From: Verrucomicrobiia bacterium
GTDB lineage: Bacteria; Verrucomicrobiota; Verrucomicrobiia; JABWAM01
Direction of reading: 5' to 3'
DNA length: 64,000 nt
Assembly (NCBI GenBank): GCA_028687435.1
Contig: JAQUAF010000023.1
Location: forward strand, 576-64,575
The notes beneath the pieces were generated by a model, which saw only the letters and a program-made list of their open reading frames with translations, was not told the DNA's origin and did no database searches. Position 1 is the stretch's first letter; each line of letters starts with the position of its first letter. Position numbers and translations under genes: made by a program. This document shows positions 8,505-17,841 of this stretch, piece after piece.

Positions 8505-10997
8505 ATGAACTCCCCCTCCAAACACCTGTTGTTCTGCCTGTCCCTTGCCGCCGCAAGCCTTTTGGCCGCAGGCGAAAATGACGATGCCAATCTGGCGCGC
8601 GAAAAACCCTATGCGCTTGATCCCGCGCCCAACTACAAACGCTGCAAGGACGACGGCGATGCGGCCCAATTGACCGACGGCATTCGCTACCGGGGACCGG
8701 ATCAACTCTGGGTTCAAAAAGAATGTGTGGGCTGGATCTGCGCGGAACTCGCCTGCGTGACCATCACCATCGACTTGGGAAAAGTCGAATCCGTTGGCAA
8801 AGTCGTCTTTCATACCGCCTATGACGGCCCGTGCAATGTTGATCAACCCGCGCTCATCATGGCCTTTGTCAGCGACGACGGAAAAAATTACTCCTTTGGC
8901 TGCGAATTGACCCGGTCCGACGGAAAAAAAAGCGATCCTCCCATTGTCCGCCGCAATCCTTTCGATGGCGAAGCCCTGGTTCAAAAACTGGAATTTTGCA
9001 AATACAGCGGTGTTCTCCAGACCCCGGGCCGCTACGTAAGCATTCTGGCGCACGGCGACAAATTCCTGTTTTGCGATGAAATCGAGATTTTTCGTTCCGA
9101 AGACAGCCAGAAAAAACAATCCAACTGCTTGAAAGGCGGGCTGAAATCTCTCTGGCGGACCTGCCTTTTCAACAAACGCGTCAAGGCGCAACTCCTGCAT
9201 GACCTGCGGGAAGTTCAATCCAATCTTCTGCGCCTCGAATCCAACAAACAAAAAGCCTTCGCCGTCAGACTTGACCAGCTCAGGGAGGGAACCCTCTCGG
9301 CTGAATGGAATGATCCAGGGCAGGATTTTCGCGCAGTGGCGCCCTTGAACAGCCTGCACAGGGAAATCCTGCAACTTAACGCCGGCATTCTGCGTTCCGC
9401 CGGCGCGCCCCCTTTGATGGTGTGGCACAAAAACCGGTGGGCGCATCTGGAACCCACCGAAGCCCCGAAAAAACATCCGGAGACACCCCCCGCCCTTTCC
9501 GTCCGGATGATGAATAACGAATACCGGGCGGAAACAATCAACATCACCAACACCCTGCAAAAACCCGCCATCCTGCGGCTCTCCTTCGAGGGATTGCCCG
9601 ATTGCATCCACCCTCATCAGGTGGAATTCGTCGGCACCACCCGGCATGGCATGATCGCCGATCCTTTGGTCCCCGCCAACTTTTCATCCGGCGCATGGGA
9701 AATCCATGTTCCAGCAGGAATGACCCGCCAGATCTGGTTCTCTTTTCACCCCCGGGACATCGCGGCTGGAAAATATGCCGGCTCCATCCGGCTCCGGTCC
9801 GATTCCTCCCAAAAAATCACCATCCCCCTTTCCCTCGAAATCGCCAGCCGGAAATTTCCGGACCGTCCCCGCCTCTCCCTCTGCATGTGGGATTACACGA
9901 ACAAACCCCATGGGTTCAAATGCCAGACGGATCGCAATGTCGAACTGGCCATCAAAGACCTGAACGCCCATTTTGTGGACAGCGTTTGGGCTCATTGCGC
10001 CGTCGCCTGCTGGCCTCAAAAAGGCGATTTCGACCAGGATGGAACGCTGACAAAACCCTTGCGCACCGGACTCTTCGACGATTGGATCAAAAATCACCCC
10101 GACAAGCGGCATTACTTCTTCTATCTTGCAAAAAACAACAACGTGACCTTTCTGGACGAACCGCCCGGCACGCCGAAATTCAAACGCATGGTCAGCCAGT
10201 GGGCAAAAGCCTTTTCCGCCCATATCGAAAAAGCGGGCATCCAGCCCGCACAGATCGGGTTCGACGCAATCGACGAGCCCGGAACAACCCAGGAATACGA
10301 AAACAACCGCCTGTGGGCGGAAGCCATCAAATCCGGCGAACCCCGGTTCCGCCTTTTCACCGATGCGTCCGGCTATGAAAAGGAAAATCCCGCCCTCACC
10401 AACATGTTGCGCGCGCACGACATCATCTGCCCCCGCCTGGATGACTATGGCCGGATCACCTCCGACATGCGAACCAAGGCCGCCATCGAAAACGGGGATG
10501 GCAAAACGTTCTGGTTCTACAGTTGCGGAACGCCGCAACGGGCCTTCGACCCTTATTATTACAACCGGCTCCAAGCCTGGCATTGCTGGAAAAACGGCGC
10601 AACCGGCATGGGATTCTGGAACTACTGGAATTTCTACTCCGAAAACGATCTCAGCGCATGGAATGAATACGCCGCCAACCCGGGACAAGGGGTGGTTTAC
10701 AGCGCACCGGACACCATCACCACCGGCAAACATTGGGAGGCCGTCCGGGAAGGCGTCGAGGATTATGAATGCCTCGCCATGCTGCGCGACGCCATCAAAC
10801 GCGCCAAGGCCGCCGGTTCATCCCCCGCCTTGGCCGAGGCGGAAAAGCTGCTCGACACCGCTCCCTCTGAAGTGACCGGGGATTATCAAAAGAAGTTGAT
10901 CACATGGTTTGCCCCAAAGGATTGCGAAGCGGCGGACAAGGCCCGGCTGCGAGTCCTCGACGCCCTCGAAAATCTGGCAAAACAAACGCCAAAATGA
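8505..10997 (+). CDS. Secreted protein with an N-terminal discoidin-like (F5/8 type C, galactose-binding-like) domain and a C-terminal DUF4091/glycoside-hydrolase-like domain
   Basis: Signal peptide MNSPSKHLLFCLSLAAASLLAAG. QLTDG...VGWICAELACVTITIDLGKVESVGKVVF fits the F5/8-C pattern. The C-terminal region (FWFYSCGTP...EAVREGVEDYECLAMLRDAI) resembles DUF4091-type hydrolases. It is a paralog of the N-terminal ~200 aa of the 11567 gene. Confidence 0.55.
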   Translation: MNSPSKHLLFCLSLAAASLLAAGENDDANLAREKPYALDPAPNYKRCKDDGDAAQLTDGIRYRGPDQLWVQKECVGWICAELACVTITIDLGKVESVGKVVFHTAYDGPCNVDQPALIMAFVSDDGKNYSFGCELTRSDGKKSDPPIVRRNPFDGEALVQKLEFCKYSGVLQTPGRYVSILAHGDKFLFCDEIEIFRSEDSQKKQSNCLKGGLKSLWRTCLFNKRVKAQLLHDLREVQSNLLRLESNKQKAFAVRLDQLREGTLSAEWNDPGQDFRAVAPLNSLHREILQLNAGILRSAGAPPLMVWHKNRWAHLEPTEAPKKHPETPPALSVRMMNNEYRAETINITNTLQKPAILRLSFEGLPDCIHPHQVEFVGTTRHGMIADPLVPANFSSGAWEIHVPAGMTRQIWFSFHPRDIAAGKYAGSIRLRSDSSQKITIPLSLEIASRKFPDRPRLSLCMWDYTNKPHGFKCQTDRNVELAIKDLNAHFVDSVWAHCAVACWPQKGDFDQDGTLTKPLRTGLFDDWIKNHPDKRHYFFYLAKNNNVTFLDEPPGTPKFKRMVSQWAKAFSAHIEKAGIQPAQIGFDAIDEPGTTQEYENNRLWAEAIKSGEPRFRLFTDASGYEKENPALTNMLRAHDIICPRLDDYGRITSDMRTKAAIENGDGKTFWFYSCGTPQRAFDPYYYNRLQAWHCWKNGATGMGFWNYWNFYSENDLSAWNEYAANPGQGVVYSAPDTITTGKHWEAVREGVEDYECLAMLRDAIKRAKAAGSSPALAEAEKLLDTAPSEVTGDYQKKLITWFAPKDCEAADKARLRVLDALENLAKQTPK

Positions 10998-11244
10998 ATC
11001 GGATTCGTTCAACAGAAACAAATTTTGCTCTATCTCTATTTCACCCGCCGCTCCTTCTAATTCTTTGAATCCCACGCCACGCCTATTTCCTCAAAAACTG
11101 GGTTTTGAGAAAAATGCAAAATCTGGGGCATCCATCCTTTATGAAAAGAACAACTCAACTTACAACAACCGCACTTGAAAGGTTGATTAAACCTTTCTTG
11201 GAGGAGTTAATGCCGAGCGGCGGCAGTAATATCAAACAAAGTCA

Positions 11245-11580
11245 TTGGCAACAATTGGTCGTGGCTACGGCGGATCGGCTGAGCGACCGGATGTTCGATA
11301 TATGAGAGCTTTGATTGAGGTTCTTTATAAAATCGCACAAAAAACCGGAAAATCCCAATACAAAGAAATCGCCAATGCGCAGGCCCGTTTCATGTCAAAT
11401 TTTGCAAATGAAATGGATCCCACATGGCTGTGGGGGACCGTTCTCGAATGCATAGGATTCTATCACGAACACAACACGCTCAGCCAAGAAATGGCGCAAA
11501 AGGCGTTGCTCATCCTGAATTGGGCTCGAAAACGAAAATTAACCATCGACATCAAAGGATTGACCTATGGGCATTTTTAA
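11245..11580 (+). CDS. Small hypothetical protein in a low-GC spacer; overlaps an out-of-frame 66-aa ORF (11105..11305), so possibly one frameshifted gene
   Basis: ORF only. Local GC is clearly lower (~45% by eye) than the flanks. No recognisable domain. Confidence 0.25.
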   Translation: MATIGRGYGGSAERPDVRYMRALIEVLYKIAQKTGKSQYKEIANAQARFMSNFANEMDPTWLWGTVLECIGFYHEHNTLSQEMAQKALLILNWARKRKLTIDIKGLTYGHF

Positions 11581-14500
11581 TCACGCAAAAACACTTGTCA
11601 TCGCCAATACATTGGCGGCCGTGATGGTTTTGTGCCCGTCCACAAGGGGGGCCGGCTCAGCCAATCTCGCTTTGCATAAAATGTGCAAATGGCATCCGCC
11701 CACCAACTATTCTTTATGCAAAGATGAAAACGATTCAGTCCAATTGACGGACGGCAAACATTCCTTAAAAAATGAAATTTTCTGGACGCAAAAAAGCACC
11801 GTGGGCTGGATACAGGAAAAAATGGTGGGAATTCTGGTCGACCTGGGAACCATTCAGTCCATCAACGAGGTCATCCTTCATACCGTTTCCGATCCCGCAA
11901 AACACGTCTACCCTCCCTCGCTCATAAGATGTCTCACCAGCGAGGACGGCACCGCATTTTACGAAGCCGCAACAAACGAGGGCAAAGCGCCCATGTCGGA
12001 ATATTCGTCCGGAGAAGGCGCCACCGCTTGCAGCCTCAAAATGGAAAATTTGCGGGCCAAGGGACGTTATGCGCTATTGATCATCATTCCAAAAGGGCGC
12101 TTCTTCTTTTGCGATGAAATTGAAATATTAAAGGGAACCCATGATGTGGCGGACGTTAGAAACAATGGAATCCCAAAAAGAATCGAAAAACTCGAGGATT
12201 TTGTCGATGACCTGTGCGTCGAATCGCGGATGCCGGACATCCTTCAAAAAACATCCTGCGCCACCCCGCCGCCAACGACGCCGCATATCAAATGGGCAAA
12301 ACCCCATTGCAACGGAACAATGTCCTTGTTGATATTCGGCGCCAATATGGCGGCAAGAGAGGCGGCCGAACTGAGCCAGCGAATGGACATGACTTATACC
12401 TATATCCCAACATGCCATCAAGAGCCGTATTGGGGATTTGACAAAAACAAGCGGACATGGTTCAGCGAAAAAGAATGGTTATTGGATGGCCATGAACTGA
12501 CAGGGTTGTGCAAAAACAGGCTGCCAAGCCATTTTGACGCCATCATTTTGGGCGGACAAAGATGGAACCGCATTCCCGAAGAAATACGCGTTCAAATCTT
12601 AAAAAAGGTGGAGACGGGAACCGGATTGGTCTGCATCAATCCGCAAGATGCCGATAAAACTTTGGCTGACGTTTTTAAAAATCAACCGCTGGCGGAGGAG
12701 GAAGAGGCCTTTTTCGGAGGATTTCCCTGGACCCTTTTGCCGGCTTTTTCCAGTTTTACATCCAATCAAAACGCCAGAAAGGCAATCGTCAACTTCAGCA
12801 AATACGGCAAAGGTCGCGTGGCCGTTCTTCGCTATCCGGCGCAAAAAGAAGGCGGTTCAATCTACCACTGCCTGACCCCCTTCACCGAAGCAACAAACAC
12901 CGCGCCCTTCGAATATGAATACTATATGTCTGTCGTGATAAAAACAACCCTTTGGGCTGCAAATAAAACTCTCCCCGTTCATCTTGAGATCCCCGAGTTT
13001 TCCGAAAAAGAAATGCAATGGGATGCAACCGAAGGCCGCGACTTAAAAATCAGAGTCGCAGAAATGGGCGGACCTTTCAAACGCCTGATCATTCATTGCA
13101 CAGCGCGAAACGCCATTCCAAACACCGAGTTCGAAGATTCCAAAGAAATCAATCTTTCAACAAATGGAAATCAATTGTCCTTTTCGCTTCCAAGCTTGCC
13201 CATCGGCAATCATTTTATAGACCTATTGGCAAAAAACGGCGGTCAAATCGTGGGATGGGAAACAATCGCCTTAAGCATCATTGGCGATACTTATATCAAA
13301 AATCTGCGTTTGGATAAAAAAGTCTTCGGGGAAAATGAGCCGATCACCGGAAAAATAATTTTAAACCGTCCGCCCGAAATCGACCATTGCGTGACCATTG
13401 GCATTTTCGACAATGATGGCCGCCTGATTCACCAGGCAATGAAAAAGGCAAATGCCGGGGAAATCTCGTTTGCCGAAAGCCCCCGCGCTCCTTTTTTGAC
13501 CAACATTCTGAAGATCGAAGCAACCCTTTCCAAAAACAACAAAACAGTCAATCGGGCCGTGTCGGAATTCATTGTAAAATTGCCCCCCAAACCGCTCGAT
13601 GAATTCAAGCTTTTAACATGGAATTGCGATTTTAATTATGCCAAGCTCCCCTACTTGTTTCACCTGTATCTGAATGAACTCAAACGGCATGGAGTTGATG
13701 CCGGAGTTACCATGCCGATTGTGCCGTCACAACAAAATGAAGGGCCATCTCCCGCCTTTGCCCTGGCGAAATCAAATATCGGATGCCTGCCGTATGTGGC
13801 GAAAATAAGAAATACAGACATTGGCTGCGCCAAAACACTGGAACGAAATCCCTGCCTCACCGATATCGACTACAACAATAAAATCACATGGGAAATTGAC
13901 TCCTCCGTCAAGCGCAACATGGCATTCACACCAACCGCTTACAGCCTGGGCGACGAAAATCATATGGCCAATCCCAATATTGAAAAATTAAAAAATGTCG
14001 ATTTTTGCTTTTCAAAGACATGCCGGGAGGATTTTAGACTTTATTTAAAAAATGAATATAAAAATTTGGAAGCGCTCAATTCGGAATGGAGCTCCCATTT
14101 CGGCCATTTTGACGAAATCAACCCCATCACCTTGGAAACAGCCAAAAAAATCGGAAACGATGCGGCATGGGTCGATCATCGCATGCACATGGAAACGGTG
14201 TTCGCAAATGCACATCGCAGATATAAAAATGCGGTCAAAAATCGCGACCCCACAGCGCTTGTCAGCATTGACGGCGCGCCGGCCGACAGTCAAAACAGCT
14301 TCGACGGATATGACTGGTCCAAACTGCTGAAAATCATCGATTGTTGCTTCCCCTACCAATTTGAAATGGAACCCTATCTCCCAACCAAAGAAATCGTCCG
14401 ATCGCTGAAATCACCCCATTCAATATCCGGTCTGGTCTATGGGGCTTATTTCCAACATGTCCATAATGAGGATTTTCACCGATTCATGCCATGGAACCTG

Positions 14501-15823
14501 ATTTTTCACGGTCACAATGCGGTATTGCTCTACAATGCAAGCGTTCCGGAACTTCTCGAACCCGCCTTTAAAGGCGACTTTTCCCCATATCCATGGTTGA
14601 AGTGGAATATCGAAGAAATCAAAATCATCAAAAATGGCATTGACAAGCTGTTGTTGAATTGCAAGCGGGAAAACGACGGGGTTTATATTCATTATTCGCA
14701 AAGCTCGTTGCATGCGGGAACCCTCTGCGGGGATGGAACAACAGTCGATGCCCAACAGGCCTTCTGTTGTCTAATGGAAGATTGCGGATTGCAATATGAT
14801 TTCATCACTTATGATCAAATCGAGTCCGGCAACCTGCGAAAAAAAAATCATAAAGCTTTGCTGTTGCCCTATTCACAATGCTTGTCATCCAAAGAAACAG
14901 CGGAAATCAAGAATTTCGTTCAAAAGGGCGGCCTATTGCTGGCGGATAGGAAAGCAGGACTGCGTGACGAACACGGCAAACCGCTGGACCATGGTTCGCT
15001 TGACGACGTCTTCGGCATAAAAAGCGGCATTCAATCCCAAATCCAACTGTCCGGCGGCGTTCCACAAGGAGTCAAAAACCCCATGGTCATTGAAAATGAA
15101 AAACCAACCTTTGTTGTTAACAAATATGGAAGCGGCTGGGGAATTTATTTAAACTTTTCGATTGAAGCCTACCTCAAGTGCCGGATGAAAAACAGGAATA
15201 TGGAAATGATAAAATCTGCCGCACAAATCCTGATGCAATATGGCGCCATCGAAAGCCAGGCAAAAGCCATAAAAACAGACGGAGATCCCGCAACGGGATG
15301 CGAAACCGTTCGTTTTACCGATGGTAAAAACTCTTATGTCGGCTTGCTGCAAGGCAATCAATCCAATGAAAACATCTCCATCGAATTTCCGGCTGAAACA
15401 CATGTTTACAACATTCTGGAAAAAAAATATTGCGGGCATGTAAAATCAATAAACATCTCACTGCCGTACGCCAGGGGGAATCTCTTCGCCCGGTTGCCAT
15501 ATAAAATATCAGCCTTATCGGCAAACCTCCCGCGCCAATGCCGGCAAGGAGACGAAATGGAATATCAACTTTCGATCGAAACTGAAGATGGACGCCGCCC
15601 ACAACGTCATGTTTTCCACGTTGCATTCCATGCCCCGGATGGCAAGGAATGCATTGCCTATACCAAAAATGTGACTGCTCCGGACGGTCGGCAGTCCGGA
15701 AAAATTCAATTTGCATTGAATGAAACAACAGGAAGATGGAAGATAAGAGCGACCGATGTCGCCAGCGGCGCTGCCATTGAAAAGGCATTCAGCATTCTGC
15801 CCGGCGCGAAGGGTGAATTTTAG
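11567..15823 (+). CDS. Giant secreted hypothetical protein (1418 aa) with N-terminal discoidin-like domain; probably glycan-active
   Basis: Signal-like N-terminus. SVQLTDGKHSL...VGWIQEKMVGILVDLGTIQSINEVILHTV and ...RYALLIIIPKGRFFFCDEIEILKG are paralogous to the 8505 gene (FLFCDEIEIFR). The remainder has no motif I can name. Lower GC than the genome background. Confidence 0.5.
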   Translation: MGIFNHAKTLVIANTLAAVMVLCPSTRGAGSANLALHKMCKWHPPTNYSLCKDENDSVQLTDGKHSLKNEIFWTQKSTVGWIQEKMVGILVDLGTIQSINEVILHTVSDPAKHVYPPSLIRCLTSEDGTAFYEAATNEGKAPMSEYSSGEGATACSLKMENLRAKGRYALLIIIPKGRFFFCDEIEILKGTHDVADVRNNGIPKRIEKLEDFVDDLCVESRMPDILQKTSCATPPPTTPHIKWAKPHCNGTMSLLIFGANMAAREAAELSQRMDMTYTYIPTCHQEPYWGFDKNKRTWFSEKEWLLDGHELTGLCKNRLPSHFDAIILGGQRWNRIPEEIRVQILKKVETGTGLVCINPQDADKTLADVFKNQPLAEEEEAFFGGFPWTLLPAFSSFTSNQNARKAIVNFSKYGKGRVAVLRYPAQKEGGSIYHCLTPFTEATNTAPFEYEYYMSVVIKTTLWAANKTLPVHLEIPEFSEKEMQWDATEGRDLKIRVAEMGGPFKRLIIHCTARNAIPNTEFEDSKEINLSTNGNQLSFSLPSLPIGNHFIDLLAKNGGQIVGWETIALSIIGDTYIKNLRLDKKVFGENEPITGKIILNRPPEIDHCVTIGIFDNDGRLIHQAMKKANAGEISFAESPRAPFLTNILKIEATLSKNNKTVNRAVSEFIVKLPPKPLDEFKLLTWNCDFNYAKLPYLFHLYLNELKRHGVDAGVTMPIVPSQQNEGPSPAFALAKSNIGCLPYVAKIRNTDIGCAKTLERNPCLTDIDYNNKITWEIDSSVKRNMAFTPTAYSLGDENHMANPNIEKLKNVDFCFSKTCREDFRLYLKNEYKNLEALNSEWSSHFGHFDEINPITLETAKKIGNDAAWVDHRMHMETVFANAHRRYKNAVKNRDPTALVSIDGAPADSQNSFDGYDWSKLLKIIDCCFPYQFEMEPYLPTKEIVRSLKSPHSISGLVYGAYFQHVHNEDFHRFMPWNLIFHGHNAVLLYNASVPELLEPAFKGDFSPYPWLKWNIEEIKIIKNGIDKLLLNCKRENDGVYIHYSQSSLHAGTLCGDGTTVDAQQAFCCLMEDCGLQYDFITYDQIESGNLRKKNHKALLLPYSQCLSSKETAEIKNFVQKGGLLLADRKAGLRDEHGKPLDHGSLDDVFGIKSGIQSQIQLSGGVPQGVKNPMVIENEKPTFVVNKYGSGWGIYLNFSIEAYLKCRMKNRNMEMIKSAAQILMQYGAIESQAKAIKTDGDPATGCETVRFTDGKNSYVGLLQGNQSNENISIEFPAETHVYNILEKKYCGHVKSINISLPYARGNLFARLPYKISALSANLPRQCRQGDEMEYQLSIETEDGRRPQRHVFHVAFHAPDGKECIAYTKNVTAPDGRQSGKIQFALNETTGRWKIRATDVASGAAIEKAFSILPGAKGEF

Positions 15824-15886
15824 CCGTTCTCACAGACATCCGCCCCGTCATTGCACGCTTGGAAAAAAACTTGCCTCCGCCACAAA

Positions 15887-17839
15887 ATGAAAACCCAGTT
15901 CAACTTTTCAAAAAATAATGCATCCATTCTTTTTAACGCTGAAAAAGGCGCCATCGGCCTTTTGCGTGAAAATGCGCGGATCGACGGCATGAAATTCAGT
16001 TTGGCCCTTGACAATAAACGGTTGAATCCCCTTCTCAAGGCAACCGTGGCATCATCCGATAAAAATTCCTATATTTTTAAAGCGCATCTCTCAACCGTGG
16101 AGATCACGATGGAACTTTTTTATGACACCCTTTCCGATTTTTTTGGATGCAAGTTCATCATAAAAAATACGACCGCAAAACTTCAATGTCTCGGAGACAT
16201 AATTTTTCAGGCCAATATCAAAAACTTGAAATTGGGCGGTCATCGCCGCGAAAACTATTCCATTTTGTTTAACAATTGCGACGGGTGCGCACAATCCGGA
16301 ACCATTCCTCTCAATGCAACCGAAACCCTCGTCCCTTTTTATCTCAAACCTTTTGCCAGTGGAAAATGCTCATCGTCGCTTTTTACAATGATTTATAATA
16401 AAACAAATCAAGCGCACCTCTTTCTGGGCTTCAAACATCCCTTTTGCGCCCCGCACCGTTTTGAAATCAATCCGTCAGCCATCATCGCTCATCTGTCTTG
16501 CAATTGCGAACTGCCGCCAAAGGCGGAAAAACGCACAGACATCCTCTTATTTAGACTTGGACAAGAACCGTTTGAAACCCTCCAGAAATATCGCATGTTC
16601 TTTCCTGTCCGCAGCCCCTCCGCCGTCACAACCGGCTGGAACACATGGGACTACTATTGCACCAATATTAATCCCAGCCGAGTCGAAGAAAATATGCGCG
16701 CCATCAAAAAAATCGCATGGTTAAAAAAACGCATCAACTATATTATTGTGGACGACGGCTGGCAACATAGCTTTGGAAACTGGGAACCCAATATCCGGTT
16801 CAAGAACGGCGCGGCGGCGATTGCCAAAATAATCAAGAAGTCCGGTTTTATTCCAGGAATCTGGCTTGCGCCCTACACCATTCATCATACCGCGCCCGTC
16901 ATGCAAGACCATCCGCAATGGCTGGTCAAGGGAAACAGCGGACAACCCAAAATGTATGGATGCAGCGCGCTTCTTGATCCCACTCATCCGCGGGTAAAAA
17001 GTTACATTTATGACATGTACAGAACCCTGTATAAACAGGGGTTCCGCTATTTCAAGGTCGATTTCGTCCAGGATCTTAAACAGGGCGAGATTTTTTTCAA
17101 TGGCGTCAATCCCCATCGCGCGCAACAAACGGCAATACACAATATTCGGCGGGCGGTGGGAGCGGATGCCTATATTTTAAGTTGCGGCGCAATTGATGGA
17201 ATGATCGGCGCTGTCAACGGCTGCCGGGTGACCCTGGATATTCGCTCCCACTGGGAATGGATTCAACGAAACACACACAGCCTTGCCGTGCGATGGTGGA
17301 TGCATCATTGGCTTTGGGAAAACGATCCGGATTTTCTCATTGTCAGAGGCCAAAAAACCTCCACGGATTTGTATCCGAACAGATTTTGGTGCACACCTCA
17401 TTTGCCAGACCAATATGGAATATGGGGAAAACGAATGACGATATCGGAAGCGCAATTTTGGGCGACAACGGTGTTAATGAGCGGCGGCGCCTTGATTCTG
17501 GGCGACCGCATAAAAACACTGACTCAAAAAGGATTGGGAATGTTAAAGACAGTTTTTGAAAACCATAACAGCCAAGCTGCAGTCCCCATCGATTTATTTA
17601 AAAAAGACTATCCGGAATTGTGGTTGAGAAAAGGAAAATCCGCCTCATTGCTTGGAATCCTTAATTGGACATCAAAAAGGAAACATTACCGCGTCGATTT
17701 AGCTGAACTTGGTTTTAAAACAAACATCAACACCGTCCATGAATTATGGCAAAACCGGCGCATGGGCGCTCGTAAAAATATTTTCGAATGTTTGGTCAAT
17801 CCTCATGGAGCATCACTGTTCAAAATAATCGGAGAGTAA
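15887..17839 (+). CDS. Alpha-galactosidase-like glycoside hydrolase, clan GH-D (GH36/GH27-like)
   Basis: TGWNTWDYYCTNINPSRVEENMRAIKK...INYIIVDDGWQ matches the GH-D (GWNSW ... DDGW/DDCW) catalytic-domain start. YFKVDF is in the position of the nucleophile motif. The N-terminal ~260 aa is unassigned. ATG at 15887 is preferred to the TTG at 15851. Confidence 0.6.
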   Translation: MKTQFNFSKNNASILFNAEKGAIGLLRENARIDGMKFSLALDNKRLNPLLKATVASSDKNSYIFKAHLSTVEITMELFYDTLSDFFGCKFIIKNTTAKLQCLGDIIFQANIKNLKLGGHRRENYSILFNNCDGCAQSGTIPLNATETLVPFYLKPFASGKCSSSLFTMIYNKTNQAHLFLGFKHPFCAPHRFEINPSAIIAHLSCNCELPPKAEKRTDILLFRLGQEPFETLQKYRMFFPVRSPSAVTTGWNTWDYYCTNINPSRVEENMRAIKKIAWLKKRINYIIVDDGWQHSFGNWEPNIRFKNGAAAIAKIIKKSGFIPGIWLAPYTIHHTAPVMQDHPQWLVKGNSGQPKMYGCSALLDPTHPRVKSYIYDMYRTLYKQGFRYFKVDFVQDLKQGEIFFNGVNPHRAQQTAIHNIRRAVGADAYILSCGAIDGMIGAVNGCRVTLDIRSHWEWIQRNTHSLAVRWWMHHWLWENDPDFLIVRGQKTSTDLYPNRFWCTPHLPDQYGIWGKRMTISEAQFWATTVLMSGGALILGDRIKTLTQKGLGMLKTVFENHNSQAAVPIDLFKKDYPELWLRKGKSASLLGILNWTSKRKHYRVDLAELGFKTNINTVHELWQNRRMGARKNIFECLVNPHGASLFKIIGE

Positions 17840-17841
17840 AA

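Noticed and set aside
15851-15886. TTG start of the alpha-galactosidase ORF and the upstream start codons at 7569, 8448 and 17788 given by the ORF track
   Set aside because: Downstream ATG codons give shorter leaders, are preceded by RBS-like purine runs (e.g. ggagag before 17842), give typical signal peptides, and avoid overlaps with the upstream gene.
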